Origin: PVC group bacterium
GTDB lineage: Bacteria; Omnitrophota; Gorgyraeia; B26-G9
Direction of reading: 5' to 3'
Length of the DNA: 64,000 bases
NCBI GenBank assembly: GCA_024231215.1
Contig: JAAEQR010000072.1
Span: forward strand, 193,210-257,209
The notes under the pieces were generated by a model. It was not told the DNA's origin. It saw nothing but the letters and a program-made list of their open reading frames with translations, and did no database searches. Numbering within the stretch: the stretch's first letter is position 1; each line of letters opens with the position of its first letter. Of the stretch, positions 20,092-30,770 are shown piece by piece. A program made the translations under genes and the position numbers.

Positions 20092-20970
20092 ATGTCATTA
20101 AAAATTTATATTGATGGTAAATTGGTAGATAAAAAAGACGCAAAGATTTCTGTGTTTGATCATGGTCTTTTATACGGAGACGGGGTTTTTGAAGGAATCC
20201 GCTCATATAATTGTTTGGTATTTAAACTGACTGAACACATTGACCGGCTTTATGAAAGCGCCCATACGCTTATGATTAATATTCCCCTGAATAAAGATCA
20301 AATGATCAAGGCGGTGATAAAAACGCTTAAGGCAAATAAGCTTAAAGATGCATATATTAGATTGCTGGTGACCAGAGGGGTAGGAGACTTAGGATTAGAT
20401 CCTCGTAAATGTAAAACCCCATCAATAATTATTATCACAGATACGATAGTATTGTATCCGGAAAAATTATATAAGCAGGGTCTGGAAATAATTACCGTGC
20501 CGACAATTCGTAATTTGCCGGAAGCATCTAATCCGCAGGTTAAGTCTTTAAATTATTTGAACAATATTTTGGCGAAAATTGAAGCGGTAAATGCCGGATA
20601 TCAAGAGGCGATAATGCTTAATTCTCTGGGGTATGTGGCTGAGTGCACAGGAGATAATATTTTTATTATAAAAAATAATAGGCTTTATACTCCGCCTGAG
20701 TCAATGGGCACATTGCGTGGGATTACGCGGGATGTGGTTATCGAATTGGCAAAGAAAGCAAAGCTTACTATTCAGGAACAAATACTAACCAGGCATGATA
20801 TATTTAATGCCCAAGAAGCTTTCTTGACCGGAACTGCAGCTGAGGTTATTCCTGTGGTATGTGTAGACGGTAGAAAGATAGGTTTAGCAAAACCGGGAAA
20901 AATAACCTGTAAACTTCTGGAAGGGTTTAAGAGGGTAACCCGTAGAGATGGTATCAAATATAAATGTTAA
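20092..20970 (+). CDS. ilvE: Branched-chain amino acid aminotransferase
   Basis: 'DHGLLYGDGVFEGIR', 'KSLNYLNN', 'ECTGDNIF', 'LRGITR', 'FLTGTAAE'. Confidence 0.95.
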   Translation: MSLKIYIDGKLVDKKDAKISVFDHGLLYGDGVFEGIRSYNCLVFKLTEHIDRLYESAHTLMINIPLNKDQMIKAVIKTLKANKLKDAYIRLLVTRGVGDLGLDPRKCKTPSIIIITDTIVLYPEKLYKQGLEIITVPTIRNLPEASNPQVKSLNYLNNILAKIEAVNAGYQEAIMLNSLGYVAECTGDNIFIIKNNRLYTPPESMGTLRGITRDVVIELAKKAKLTIQEQILTRHDIFNAQEAFLTGTAAEVIPVVCVDGRKIGLAKPGKITCKLLEGFKRVTRRDGIKYKC

Positions 20971-20982
20971 CGGAGGCATTTT

Positions 20983-21486
20983 ATGGTGTGTCAAATTTGT
21001 GGAAATAAAACGGCAACAGTTCATTTAACGGAAATTATTAATGACCAGATGACAGAATTACACCTTTGTGAACACTGTGCTAAAGATAAAGGTATTGCCG
21101 GGTTGGGACAGCCGTTTGGGTTACAGGATTTATTGGCCGGACTGGTTGATTTTGGAGCTCCGGTGACCAGTAGCGGAGGCAAGAAGGTAGTAGTTAAATG
21201 TCCTAATTGTAAGATGACCTATGAAGACTTCCGAAAATCAGGAAGATTGGGATGCAGTCAGTGCTACGATGTTTTTAAAGAGACATTAGAGCCATTGCTG
21301 AAAAAAATACATGGTTCGATACAACACTTGGGAAAGGCCCCGGTACGCAGTGGAGAAATTATGAAAACAAAAAAAACTTTGCAGGATTTACAACTTAGAC
21401 TTCAAAAAGCAATTCAGGCCGAGGCTTTCGAAGACGCGGCAAAACTCCGGGATGAAATTAAAAAAATAGAGAAGAAAAATAAGTAA
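20983..21486 (+). CDS. mcsA: McsA (Zn-binding UVR-domain activator of McsB)
   Basis: Four CxxC motifs, 'GRLGCSQCY', C-terminal UVR 'EAFEDAAKLRDEI'. Confidence 0.93.
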   Translation: MVCQICGNKTATVHLTEIINDQMTELHLCEHCAKDKGIAGLGQPFGLQDLLAGLVDFGAPVTSSGGKKVVVKCPNCKMTYEDFRKSGRLGCSQCYDVFKETLEPLLKKIHGSIQHLGKAPVRSGEIMKTKKTLQDLQLRLQKAIQAEAFEDAAKLRDEIKKIEKKNK

Positions 21487-21501
21487 CAGGAGAAAGATGC
21501 G

Positions 21502-22551
21502 ATGAAATTGAACGACTTGGTAAAACAGACGAGTGGTTGGTTAAAAGGTACGGGACCGAACTCTGATATTGTGATTTCAAGTCGTGTGCGGTTAGCGAGA
21601 AATTTGGAAAAGGTAACTTTTTCTAATTGGGCAAATAAGAAACAAAAAGAGCAGGCATTGGGAATTATTAGCCCGGTAGTTAAAGATGTGGATTCGATAA
21701 AAAATAACGGATTGCTGCTGAAAGTTGCAGACATGTCCAATATTGATAAACAGTTTTTGGTGGAACGTCATCTTGTTAGCCGTGAGCATATTACTAATAT
21801 CGAATCGCATGCTGTAGCGATAAGCAATGATGAAACACTTTCGGTAATGATAAACGAGGAAGATCATTTGCGTATTCAGATATTACAGCCGGGTTTGAAT
21901 CTTGATGAATGCTGGAGAAAAAGTGAGCAAATGGATGCTACTTTATCTAAAAAATTAAGTTTTGCGTTTTCTCCTAAATGGGGATATCTCACAGCTTGCC
22001 CGACAAATACGGGCACAGGAATGCGTGCTTCAATAATGCTTCATCTTCCGGCGTTGGTATTGACTAAACAGATTAATCGGGTTATCCAGGCGATTATAAA
22101 ACTTGGATTAACTGTCCGTGGACTCTTTGGAGAGGGCACAGAAGCTGCGGGAAATTTCTTCCAGATTTCTAACCAGGTGTCTTTAGGGCGAAGTGAAGAA
22201 GAAATAGTTGATAATATAAAGCGGATTATCAGGCAGGTATTGGAATATGAACAGAATGCGCGCAAAGCTTTAATTACCCAGAATAAAAGCGGATTGTCGG
22301 ATCAGGTTTGGCGTTCATACGGAATATTAAAAAACGCGCATATTATATCAAGTTCAGAGACTATAGAATTGTTGTCCAATGTGCGATTAGGGATAGACCT
22401 GGGATTGATTAAGGGATTAACAACAAAGGTAATAAATGAATTATTTATATTTACCCAGCCGGCTCATTTACAGAAGCTGGAAAATAAAGTTTTAAATTCG
22501 CAACAAAGGGATATTAAGAGAGCAGAATTGATTAGAGAGAAAATAAAATAG
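21502..22551 (+). CDS. mcsB: Protein-arginine kinase McsB
   Basis: 'SSRVRLARN', 'INEEDHLR', 'GYLTACPTNTGTGMRAS', 'FQISNQ'. Confidence 0.95.
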   Translation: MKLNDLVKQTSGWLKGTGPNSDIVISSRVRLARNLEKVTFSNWANKKQKEQALGIISPVVKDVDSIKNNGLLLKVADMSNIDKQFLVERHLVSREHITNIESHAVAISNDETLSVMINEEDHLRIQILQPGLNLDECWRKSEQMDATLSKKLSFAFSPKWGYLTACPTNTGTGMRASIMLHLPALVLTKQINRVIQAIIKLGLTVRGLFGEGTEAAGNFFQISNQVSLGRSEEEIVDNIKRIIRQVLEYEQNARKALITQNKSGLSDQVWRSYGILKNAHIISSSETIELLSNVRLGIDLGLIKGLTTKVINELFIFTQPAHLQKLENKVLNSQQRDIKRAELIREKIK

Positions 22552-22565
22552 GAGGAAATAATATT

Positions 22566-25001
22566 ATGTTTGATCGTTTTACAGAGCGAGCACGGAAGGT
22601 AATTCTGTTGGCAAAAGAAGAAGCCAAACGTTTTAACCATGATTATATTGGGACCGAACATATGCTGCTTGGTCTGATCAAAGAAGGCGAAGGAGTTGCG
22701 GCTGCGGTATTGCAGAACTTAGGGCTTAATCTCGATATGATTCGTTTAGAGGTCGAAAAGCTGGTTCAGCCGGGACCAAGTACGGTTACCTCAGGGGATA
22801 TTCCCTTTACACCTAAGGCGAAAAAAGTAATTGAATTATCAATGGATGAAGCGCGTAACTTAGGCCACAACTATATTGGAACAGAACATTTACTTTTAGG
22901 GTTAATTCGTGAAAACGAAGGAGTAGCTTCACAGGTGCTTTTGAATTTAGGTCTTGATTTAAATAAAGTACGTAAAGAAATAATGGAGCTTTTGGGTACA
23001 ACCTCAGCGGCGTATGATAATAACCAGGCTGCAGCTGTTCCGGGGAAGGCTAAAACACCGGCTTTGGACGCTTTTGGCCGTGATCTTACGAAATTAGCAA
23101 TAGATGGAAAACTGGATCCGGTTATCGGCAGGTCTATGGAAATTGAGAGGGTTATTAGAATATTAAGCCGTAGAACAAAGAATAATCCCGTACTTTTGGG
23201 AGAAGCCGGAGTGGGTAAAACAGCTATTGTGGAAGGTCTTGCGCAAAAAATCATCAGTGGTGATGTGCCGGAAGTTCTTAGGGACAAAAGACTGGTGGTT
23301 CTGGATTTAGCGCTTATGGTTGCCGGGACAAAATATCGCGGACAATTTGAAGAACGGATTAAAGCGGTTATGGATGAAATTAAGCGTTCGGAAAACGTTA
23401 TGATCTTTATTGATGAATTACATACACTTGTCGGAGCTGGCGGTGCTGAAGGTGCAATCGACGCATCGAATATATTGAAGCCGGCTTTAGCTAGAGGGGA
23501 AATCCAGTGTATCGGAGCAACTACGATTGATGAATATAGAAAACACATTGAAAAAGACGCGGCATTAGAACGTCGTTTTCAGACGATTATGGTAGAACCG
23601 CCGACCATCGCCCAGACGGTTGAAATTTTAAAAGGGTTACGTGATAAATATGAAGCACATCACCGTGTGAAATATTCTGATATTGCTTTGGAAGCAGCGG
23701 CAAAATTATCGGAACGATATATAAGCGGTAGATTTCTGCCGGATAAGGCTGTAGATATTATTGATGAGGCTGGGTCTCGGGCACGTTTGATGGTTATGAC
23801 TGCACCGCCTGATCTAAAAGATTTAGAAAATAAGATAGAAGATTTACGTAAAGAAAAAGAAGCTTCGGTTAAAGCTCAGGATTTTGAAAAAGCGGCTTCG
23901 TATCGTGATCAGGAAAGAGAATCACGCGGCGAATTGGACAAAATACGTAAAAGCTGGAAAGAAAGCCGCATGGAAATGAGTGTGGAGGTAATGGAAGAGG
24001 ATATTGCCGAAATAGTTTCGCAGTGGACCGGAGTGCCGATTGCTCGTTTGGAAGAAAAGGAAACTGAAAAATTACTTAAAATGGAAGATGAACTACATAC
24101 TCGTGTGGTAGGGCAGAATGAAGCGATTACTGCGATTACCCATGCGGTAAGGCGTTCCAGGGCTGGATTAAAAAGCGCAAAACGTCCGATCGGTTCGTTT
24201 ATCTTTTTAGGGCCGACTGGTGTGGGTAAGACACTTTTAGGTAAAGCATTAGCTGAATTTTTATTTGGAGATGTTGATGCTGTAATCCAGATCGATATGT
24301 CTGAATATATGGAAAAATTCAATGTTTCCCGGTTAGTAGGTGCTCCTCCGGGATATGTTGGGTATGAAGAAGGCGGCCAGCTTACGGAAAAGGTGAGACG
24401 ACGTCCTTATTCGGTAATTCTTTTGGATGAAATTGAAAAAGCACATCCGGATGTATTTAATCTGTTGCTGCAGGTATTGGAAGAAGGTCGTCTTACGGAT
24501 AGTTTTGGGCGTAAAGTTGATTTCCGTAACACAGTACTGATCATGACTTCTAATATTGGAGCGGATCTTTTGCGTAAACAAGGATCACTTGGATTTAAAC
24601 CTCAGGAAGATGAGATGAATTATCAGTCCATGAAATCCAAATTGATGGATGAGGTCAAAAAAGTATTTAAACCTGAGTTTGTAAATCGTGTAGATGACCT
24701 AATTGTTTTCAGACCGTTAACTAAAAATGATTTGTATAAAATCATTGAGATAGAAATGAAAGAAGTTCAGGCTCAGCTTAGCGAGCAGGAAATAACTATA
24801 GAGCTGGATCAGGATGCTAAAGATATGCTTATTACTAAAGGGTTTGACCAGCTTTACGGGGCTCGTCCGTTAAAGAGGACAATACAAAGATATTTGGAAA
24901 ATTCTCTAGCAGAAGCTATTATTTCCGGTAAGGTAGATAAAACTAAACCAATTAAGATTCATGCGGATAAAGAAAAAGAAAATCTGGTGTTTAGCAGTTA
25001 A
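22566..25001 (+). CDS. clpC: ATP-dependent Clp protease ATP-binding subunit ClpC
   Basis: Two Clp-N repeats, two AAA+ modules ('GEAGVGKT', 'GPTGVGKT'), UVR middle domain and 'LGF' ClpP-docking loop. Confidence 0.97.
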   Translation: MFDRFTERARKVILLAKEEAKRFNHDYIGTEHMLLGLIKEGEGVAAAVLQNLGLNLDMIRLEVEKLVQPGPSTVTSGDIPFTPKAKKVIELSMDEARNLGHNYIGTEHLLLGLIRENEGVASQVLLNLGLDLNKVRKEIMELLGTTSAAYDNNQAAAVPGKAKTPALDAFGRDLTKLAIDGKLDPVIGRSMEIERVIRILSRRTKNNPVLLGEAGVGKTAIVEGLAQKIISGDVPEVLRDKRLVVLDLALMVAGTKYRGQFEERIKAVMDEIKRSENVMIFIDELHTLVGAGGAEGAIDASNILKPALARGEIQCIGATTIDEYRKHIEKDAALERRFQTIMVEPPTIAQTVEILKGLRDKYEAHHRVKYSDIALEAAAKLSERYISGRFLPDKAVDIIDEAGSRARLMVMTAPPDLKDLENKIEDLRKEKEASVKAQDFEKAASYRDQERESRGELDKIRKSWKESRMEMSVEVMEEDIAEIVSQWTGVPIARLEEKETEKLLKMEDELHTRVVGQNEAITAITHAVRRSRAGLKSAKRPIGSFIFLGPTGVGKTLLGKALAEFLFGDVDAVIQIDMSEYMEKFNVSRLVGAPPGYVGYEEGGQLTEKVRRRPYSVILLDEIEKAHPDVFNLLLQVLEEGRLTDSFGRKVDFRNTVLIMTSNIGADLLRKQGSLGFKPQEDEMNYQSMKSKLMDEVKKVFKPEFVNRVDDLIVFRPLTKNDLYKIIEIEMKEVQAQLSEQEITIELDQDAKDMLITKGFDQLYGARPLKRTIQRYLENSLAEAIISGKVDKTKPIKIHADKEKENLVFSS

Positions 25002-25037
25002 TAATGATGAATTAGTAATAGCATATAGGGGGAGATA

Positions 25038-25817
25038 ATGCATCGTCGGCTATTATCGCCATATACAAAATTTGATAAATTTGTTGTCTATGTAGGTGGA
25101 CTGACCATGTTGTTTTTACGTACGATTACATGGGCGGTAAGGCCTCCGTTTAAGAAAAAAGAACTACTTTACCAGATGAAGAAGACCGGGGTAGACAGCA
25201 TTTCCATTGTATTTTTAACTGCGTTTTTTACCGGGATTGTACTTGCTTTTCAGTCAGCCTATACTATGCGACAGATGTCGGCGGAAATCTATATAGCAAG
25301 TTTAGTTGCGCTTTCTATGACCAGGGAATTAGGACCGGTACTTACGGCTTTAGTTGTTGCGGCACGTGTAGGAGCTTCGATAACCGCAGAAGTTGGTACA
25401 ATGAAGGTTACTGAGCAAATAGATGCATTGGAAACAATGGGGACTAATCCCATAAAATATCTGGTAGTTCCGCGTTTTTTAGCTTTGGCTATGATGTTGC
25501 CGTTGTTGACTATATATGCGGATTTTGTTGGGATGGCTGGTGGTTTACTTGTTGGGGTTTCAAAACTTCATTTGGCGCCAACCCTATATATGAAAAAAAC
25601 ATTTGATGCCTTGGTATACAAAGATCTTTATACCGGTCTTTTGAAATCTGTAGTGTTTGCAGGTATTATATCTATTGTAGCTTGTTATGAAGGAATGCGA
25701 ACTCGCGGCGGAGCCGAAGGGGTTGGAAAGTCAACAACACTTTCGGTAGTTATTTCCTGTGTTCTTGTAATTAGCTTTGACTGTTTTTTTACCGCGCTTT
25801 TTTACTTTATGTTCTGA
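25038..25817 (+). CDS. mlaE: MlaE-family ABC permease
   Basis: 'RELGPVLTA', 'EVGTMKVTEQIDAL', 'GGAEGVGKSTT'. Confidence 0.92.
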   Translation: MHRRLLSPYTKFDKFVVYVGGLTMLFLRTITWAVRPPFKKKELLYQMKKTGVDSISIVFLTAFFTGIVLAFQSAYTMRQMSAEIYIASLVALSMTRELGPVLTALVVAARVGASITAEVGTMKVTEQIDALETMGTNPIKYLVVPRFLALAMMLPLLTIYADFVGMAGGLLVGVSKLHLAPTLYMKKTFDALVYKDLYTGLLKSVVFAGIISIVACYEGMRTRGGAEGVGKSTTLSVVISCVLVISFDCFFTALFYFMF

Positions 25818-25824
25818 GGGAATT

Positions 25825-26589
25825 ATGATTAAAATACATAACCTACATAAATCTTTTGACGGCCAGCAGGTTTTAAAGGGCTTGGATTTGAATATCCAAA
25901 AAGGGGAAACGATTGTAATTATCGGTCGTTCCGGTTGCGGTAAGAGCGTATTACTTAAACACATGATTGGTTTAATGGATCCGGATAAAGGAAAGGTTTT
26001 TGTAGATAATCAAAATGTAGCAGATTTAAGGGGCAAGGCTTTGGATATGTTACGCATGAAATTCGGAATGTTGTTTCAGGGGGCTGCGCTGTTTGATTCA
26101 CTAGATGTTTATGGCAACGTAGGTTTTTCACTGATTGAGCATACTGATATGAAGAAAAAACAAATTTGCGACCGAGTACGACAAGCATTAGAGAGTGTTG
26201 ATTTAACGGATGTAGAGAATAAACGTCCGGCAGAACTAAGCGGGGGAATGAAGAAAAGAGTTGGCTTGGCTCGGGCTATTTGCAATAATCCACAGATAAT
26301 ACTTTATGATGAGCCGACAACAGGCTTGGATCCGATAATGGCGGATATGATTAACGATTTGATTGTTCGTTTGCATAAGCAACTGAAGGTTACTTCTGTG
26401 GTGGTTACACATGATATGACTTCAGCGTATAAAGTTGGAACAAAGATTGCGATGCTTTATGATGGGCGGATTATTGCTCAAGGTCCTCCGGAAGAAATAA
26501 AGAATACAAAAGATCCTATTGTACGGCAATTTATAACCGGGGCGGCAAGCGGTCCGATAACAAATAATCGGAATTATAATTACAAATAA
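25825..26589 (+). CDS. mlaF: MlaF/Mkl-family ABC ATPase
   Basis: 'GRSGCGKS', 'FQGAALFDS', 'LSGGMKKRVGLARA', 'YDEPTTGLDP'. Start moved to ATG 25825. Confidence 0.92.
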   Translation: MIKIHNLHKSFDGQQVLKGLDLNIQKGETIVIIGRSGCGKSVLLKHMIGLMDPDKGKVFVDNQNVADLRGKALDMLRMKFGMLFQGAALFDSLDVYGNVGFSLIEHTDMKKKQICDRVRQALESVDLTDVENKRPAELSGGMKKRVGLARAICNNPQIILYDEPTTGLDPIMADMINDLIVRLHKQLKVTSVVVTHDMTSAYKVGTKIAMLYDGRIIAQGPPEEIKNTKDPIVRQFITGAASGPITNNRNYNYK

Positions 26590-26622
26590 TGTTTATACTT
26601 TTACACAGGGGGAATAACGGAT

Positions 26623-27441
26623 ATGAGTACTGAATTTAAAGTAGGAATATTTGTTTTGCTGGCGATAATTGTATTATCGTTTATTGTTTTTAAAATCGGC
26701 GGACCGGATATCTTTAATACAAATAGATATCAATTAGATGTGGTCTTTGATTTTGTAAACGGGATTGGAATGGATGCTCCGGTTCATGTTGCCGGGGTTA
26801 AAGTAGGTAAAGTCGAAACTGTAGAGATATTCTATAGCCCCCAGACTCAAAAGACTCAGGTAAAGCTGCAGTTTTTAGTTAATAATAATGTTAAGATTCC
26901 GATAGACTCAGTTGCTTATATTAACAGCCTCGGGATTCTAGGTGAGAAATATGTAGAGATTGTACCCGGGGAAAACAGGACTGATTTCTTAGCCGATGGA
27001 GATACAATTATCGGTAATAATCCGGTACAGCTGGAAAAATTAACCGAATCCTTGGTCGATATCGTGGGAGATCAGACAGTAAGAGATTCTCTAAAGCAGA
27101 GTTTTTCGAATGTTCGTCAGGCGACCGATAATTTACTTGCGGTTAGTATAACGCTTAATGAAGTAGCAGATGAGGTTAAGAACGGGCAGGGAACGATAGG
27201 AAGATTTATAAATGATGATTCTATTTATATGGAAACAGAGAAGATGGTAATCAATTTAAATGAAAAGCTAGAGAAGACAATCACTGATCTTAATTTGCAG
27301 CTTAATGCATTAATTCAGGATTTAAAGAGTCATCCCTGGAAATTGCTACATAAGCCCAAGACGCCTAAGAAAAAGAAGTCTTCAAAAGAGAAGAAAAAAA
27401 TTAAAACTACAAACAATAGCGGAGTTCTTTATCAAAACTAA
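26623..27441 (+). CDS. mlaD: MCE (MlaD-family) protein
   Basis: 'EFKVGIFV' TM, 'PVHVAGVKVGKV', 'GILGEKYVEIVPG', helical tail. Confidence 0.9.
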   Translation: MSTEFKVGIFVLLAIIVLSFIVFKIGGPDIFNTNRYQLDVVFDFVNGIGMDAPVHVAGVKVGKVETVEIFYSPQTQKTQVKLQFLVNNNVKIPIDSVAYINSLGILGEKYVEIVPGENRTDFLADGDTIIGNNPVQLEKLTESLVDIVGDQTVRDSLKQSFSNVRQATDNLLAVSITLNEVADEVKNGQGTIGRFINDDSIYMETEKMVINLNEKLEKTITDLNLQLNALIQDLKSHPWKLLHKPKTPKKKKSSKEKKKIKTTNNSGVLYQN

Positions 27442-28814
27442 TGAAAACGAAAGCAGTATTTGTTTGTCAAGAATGCGGGCATACCTCAGCTAAATGGTTA
27501 GGAAAATGTCCTGAATGTAATAACTGGAATTCTTTGGTGGAAGAATTTAATACTACTGTTAAGTCCCGTGATCGGGGATTTCGGTTAGAGGCTCTTTCCA
27601 AACCGAAACGTCTTTTGGATATTACGGTAAAGAATGAAGTCAGGACAACCACAGATATCCAAGAATTGGACCATGTTTTAGGCGGCGGGATAGTTGAAGG
27701 TTCCGTGGTTTTGGTTGGAGGAGCTCCGGGTATCGGGAAATCTACATTGCTTTTGCAGGTTTGCAGTGCTTTAAGCCAAAAAGGCAAAAAAGTTCTATAT
27801 ATTAGTGCTGAAGAATCAGGCCAGCAGACTAAACTACGTGCAGAACGTTTAGGAGCTGTTGGCAGTGAATTATATATTGTTTCCGAAACAAATCTTGATG
27901 TTATTTTAGGGCATATTAAGAAAGTTTCTCCGGATATAGTTGTTATTGATTCGATTCAGGTTCTTTATTTAGATGATATTTCAAGTGCAGCAGGAAGTGT
28001 GAGTCAGGTAAGGGAATGTGCTGGGAAACTTACGATTCTAGCTAAGCATTCCGGTATTTCTGTTTTTCTGGTTGGGCATGTTACAAAAGAAGGGTCTCTT
28101 GCCGGTCCCCGTGTATTAGAACATTTGGTGGATTGTGTGCTTTATTTTGAAGGAGAAAGCCAAACCAGTTTCAGAATATTGCGTGCTATAAAAAATCGAT
28201 TTGGATCGACAAATGAAATTGGTATCTTTGAAATGACTGCGAGTGGGTTACTTGATGTCGAGAATCCTTCTCAGATGTTTTTGACCGAAAGGCCCGAGCA
28301 GACATCAGGCTCAGCCGTAACTGCAACCATGGAAGGCACGAGGCCTTTACTTGTAGAGATACAGGCTTTGGTCAGCCAGACAAGTTTTGGACTGCCGCGT
28401 AGACGTACAACAGGTATTGATTTTAACAGGGCTACTCTTTTAACGGCAGTACTGGAAAAGCGAGCTCATTTAGCTTTGCAGAACCAGGATATTTTTATTA
28501 ATGTTGCCGGCGGGGTGAAGATCGTTGAACCGGCAGCGGATTTAGCGGTGATTTGCGCAATTGCTTCCGGGTTCCGGGAAAAAGATATATCTTCTGGTGA
28601 TGTGGTTTTTGGAGAGGTCGGGCTTGGCGGTGAAATAAGAGCTGTGGCTCAGGCACATCTACGGATTAACGAAGCTAAAAAATTAGGATTTAAACGGGTT
28701 ATTTTACCAAAGAATAATTTAAATAACTTAGAAGAAAAATTTAAAAAAAGTGGAATTACTTTGATTGGTGTTTCTACGGTAAAAGAAGCACTCGATATTA
28801 TATTTGATAATTAA
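27441..28814 (+). CDS. radA: DNA repair protein RadA/Sms
   Basis: C4 Zn finger, 'GAPGIGKSTLLLQ', 'KNRFG', Lon-like C-terminus. Confidence 0.97.
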   Translation: MKTKAVFVCQECGHTSAKWLGKCPECNNWNSLVEEFNTTVKSRDRGFRLEALSKPKRLLDITVKNEVRTTTDIQELDHVLGGGIVEGSVVLVGGAPGIGKSTLLLQVCSALSQKGKKVLYISAEESGQQTKLRAERLGAVGSELYIVSETNLDVILGHIKKVSPDIVVIDSIQVLYLDDISSAAGSVSQVRECAGKLTILAKHSGISVFLVGHVTKEGSLAGPRVLEHLVDCVLYFEGESQTSFRILRAIKNRFGSTNEIGIFEMTASGLLDVENPSQMFLTERPEQTSGSAVTATMEGTRPLLVEIQALVSQTSFGLPRRRTTGIDFNRATLLTAVLEKRAHLALQNQDIFINVAGGVKIVEPAADLAVICAIASGFREKDISSGDVVFGEVGLGGEIRAVAQAHLRINEAKKLGFKRVILPKNNLNNLEEKFKKSGITLIGVSTVKEALDIIFDN

Positions 28815-28914
28815 AACGGACCCGCCAATTATGGCGAGGTTCAATTCACACTGTGATTTGTGTTGGTTCATTGCATCCCATAAATCACGTGTTCATTGAA
28901 GGAGGTATAGAAAC

Positions 28915-29955
28915 ATGACTATATTGTTTGTGCGTACATTTTTTGTTTTAATCAGTGTACTTGTAGGATATCAAATCGGATCATTATTAGGTGGCGGGGA
29001 AACCAATGGTGCGACTATTGGTTTATTCGCCGGATTAGGTATTAGTTTGGGGATTATTTTGATTGAGCGCGGTATGCGTCGTATTTCCGTAAGAGGACTC
29101 TCAAGTGCTGTGTTTGGTTTGATTTTCGGATTGTTAGCGGCGAAATTGCTTACAGACTCTTTTATCTTACTGCCGGTAGATGAATCAACCGCACGTACTA
29201 TGCGTGTGATTTTTACTTTAATTCTTTGTTACTTAGGAATGATCGTAGCGATCAGAGGACGTGATGAGTTTAATCTCATTATTCCATATGTAAAACTTAC
29301 ACGCCATGACCAGGTGCAGGAAAATATAGTTTTAGATACGAGTGTGATCATTGATGGTAGAATAAGCGATCTTTGTCAGACAAAATTTGTGGAAGGCCGT
29401 TTAATTATTTCCCGTTTTGTGTTAAAAGAATTACAGCAGATCGCGGATTCTGCAGATCCATTGAAAAGAAATAGAGGGCGTCGCGGACTTGATATTTTAA
29501 ATAAATTACAGAAGAACAGCAAGATTGTAGTTAAAATACATGATGAAGATTTTCCGGAGATTACCGAAGTAGACGCTAAGCTGGTAAAACTGGCTAAAGT
29601 GTTAGATGGCAAGGTTTTCACCAATGATTATAATCTAAATAAAGTGGCGGAATTAGAAGGTGTAGCTGTACTGAACATAAATGAATTGGCAAACGCGTTA
29701 AAGCCGATTGTTCTCCCCGGAGAAATTATGGAAGTAAAGATAGTTAAAGATGGGAAGGAACATAATCAGGGGGTGGCTTATCTTGATGATGGGACAATGG
29801 TTGTGGTTGAGGAAGGCCGTAAACTTATCGGTCAGACGATTCAGGCAACAGTTACCAGTGTGCTGCAGACTTCCGCAGGAAGAATGATCTTTGCGAAGAA
29901 CGATAATAACGATGTAAATAATAAGCAGGACAAGAACCGTTACCCAAAAAAATAA
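28915..29955 (+). CDS. PIN/TRAM domain membrane protein (YacL family)
   Basis: Four TM helices, 'LDTSVIIDGRI', 'RGRRGLDIL', 'TNDYNLNKVA', 'GVAYLDDGTMVVVE'. Confidence 0.93.
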   Translation: MTILFVRTFFVLISVLVGYQIGSLLGGGETNGATIGLFAGLGISLGIILIERGMRRISVRGLSSAVFGLIFGLLAAKLLTDSFILLPVDESTARTMRVIFTLILCYLGMIVAIRGRDEFNLIIPYVKLTRHDQVQENIVLDTSVIIDGRISDLCQTKFVEGRLIISRFVLKELQQIADSADPLKRNRGRRGLDILNKLQKNSKIVVKIHDEDFPEITEVDAKLVKLAKVLDGKVFTNDYNLNKVAELEGVAVLNINELANALKPIVLPGEIMEVKIVKDGKEHNQGVAYLDDGTMVVVEEGRKLIGQTIQATVTSVLQTSAGRMIFAKNDNNDVNNKQDKNRYPKK

Positions 29956-30635
29956 TGAAAATAACTGCTATTGTACCTGCTGCCGGTTCCGGGCAGCGAT
30001 TAGGTTGTAAAACACCAAAGCCTTATTTGAGATTGGCAGATAAACCGCTTTTGGCGCATACCTTGTCTGCATTGCAAAGATCTAAATTAATAAACGAGAT
30101 TATAATTGCTGCAGAACCTCAGCATATTCAGCGGGCTAAAAATGTGGTTCGAGGGTTTGATATCCTTAAGGTCAAGGCGGTTATTGCCGGAGGATGTACC
30201 CGTAGTGAATCTGTGCGTAATGGATTAAATGTATTAGATAAAGATACTGATTTTGTGCTTATCCATGACGCGGCACGTCCGTTTATCAGCGTAGATATTA
30301 TTGATAAGTGTATAAAGGCAGCAATTAAAAATAAAGCGGCAGTGTGTGCGGTAAGGTGTTCTTCAACCATAAAGTCTGCGGACAAATTGCTTAATGTAAC
30401 TGCTACTTTAGACCGCAATAAATTGTGGACAGTTCAGACTCCCCAGGTTTTTTCTTATGCGTTATTAGCAAAGGCCTATAAGAAGGTTGCTTTGAAAAAG
30501 TCCGGGTTTTTTGATGATGCGTCATTGATTGAGCAGATGGGGCATAAAGTTAAGATTGTAGAAGGATCAGATTTAAATATAAAGATTACAACGAAAGAAG
30601 ATTTAAAAATAGCGAAATTGCTAGAGCAATTATAA
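29955..30635 (+). CDS. ispD: 2-C-methyl-D-erythritol 4-phosphate cytidylyltransferase
   Basis: 'PAAGSGQRLG', 'RSESVRNGL', 'IHDAARPF', 'QTPQVF', 'KITTKEDL'. Confidence 0.95.
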   Translation: MKITAIVPAAGSGQRLGCKTPKPYLRLADKPLLAHTLSALQRSKLINEIIIAAEPQHIQRAKNVVRGFDILKVKAVIAGGCTRSESVRNGLNVLDKDTDFVLIHDAARPFISVDIIDKCIKAAIKNKAAVCAVRCSSTIKSADKLLNVTATLDRNKLWTVQTPQVFSYALLAKAYKKVALKKSGFFDDASLIEQMGHKVKIVEGSDLNIKITTKEDLKIAKLLEQL

Positions 30636-30754
30636 ATGGCTGATAGCTCATAGCTGATGGCTAATAGGGTAAAACAAAAGAAGAAAGAATAGAAATAAAT
30701 AGGGATATTGACATTTTTTAACTATTGACTATAGGCTATAAACTATAGACTAAA
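30636..30754. repeat. Two inverted blocks of 7-nt tandem repeats between ispD and ispF
   Basis: atggctg-atagctc-atagctg-atggcta (30636-30669) and actattg-actatag-gctataa-actatag (30721-30754). Confidence 0.65.
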
Positions 30755-30770
30755 TTGGAGAGATTTTAAT

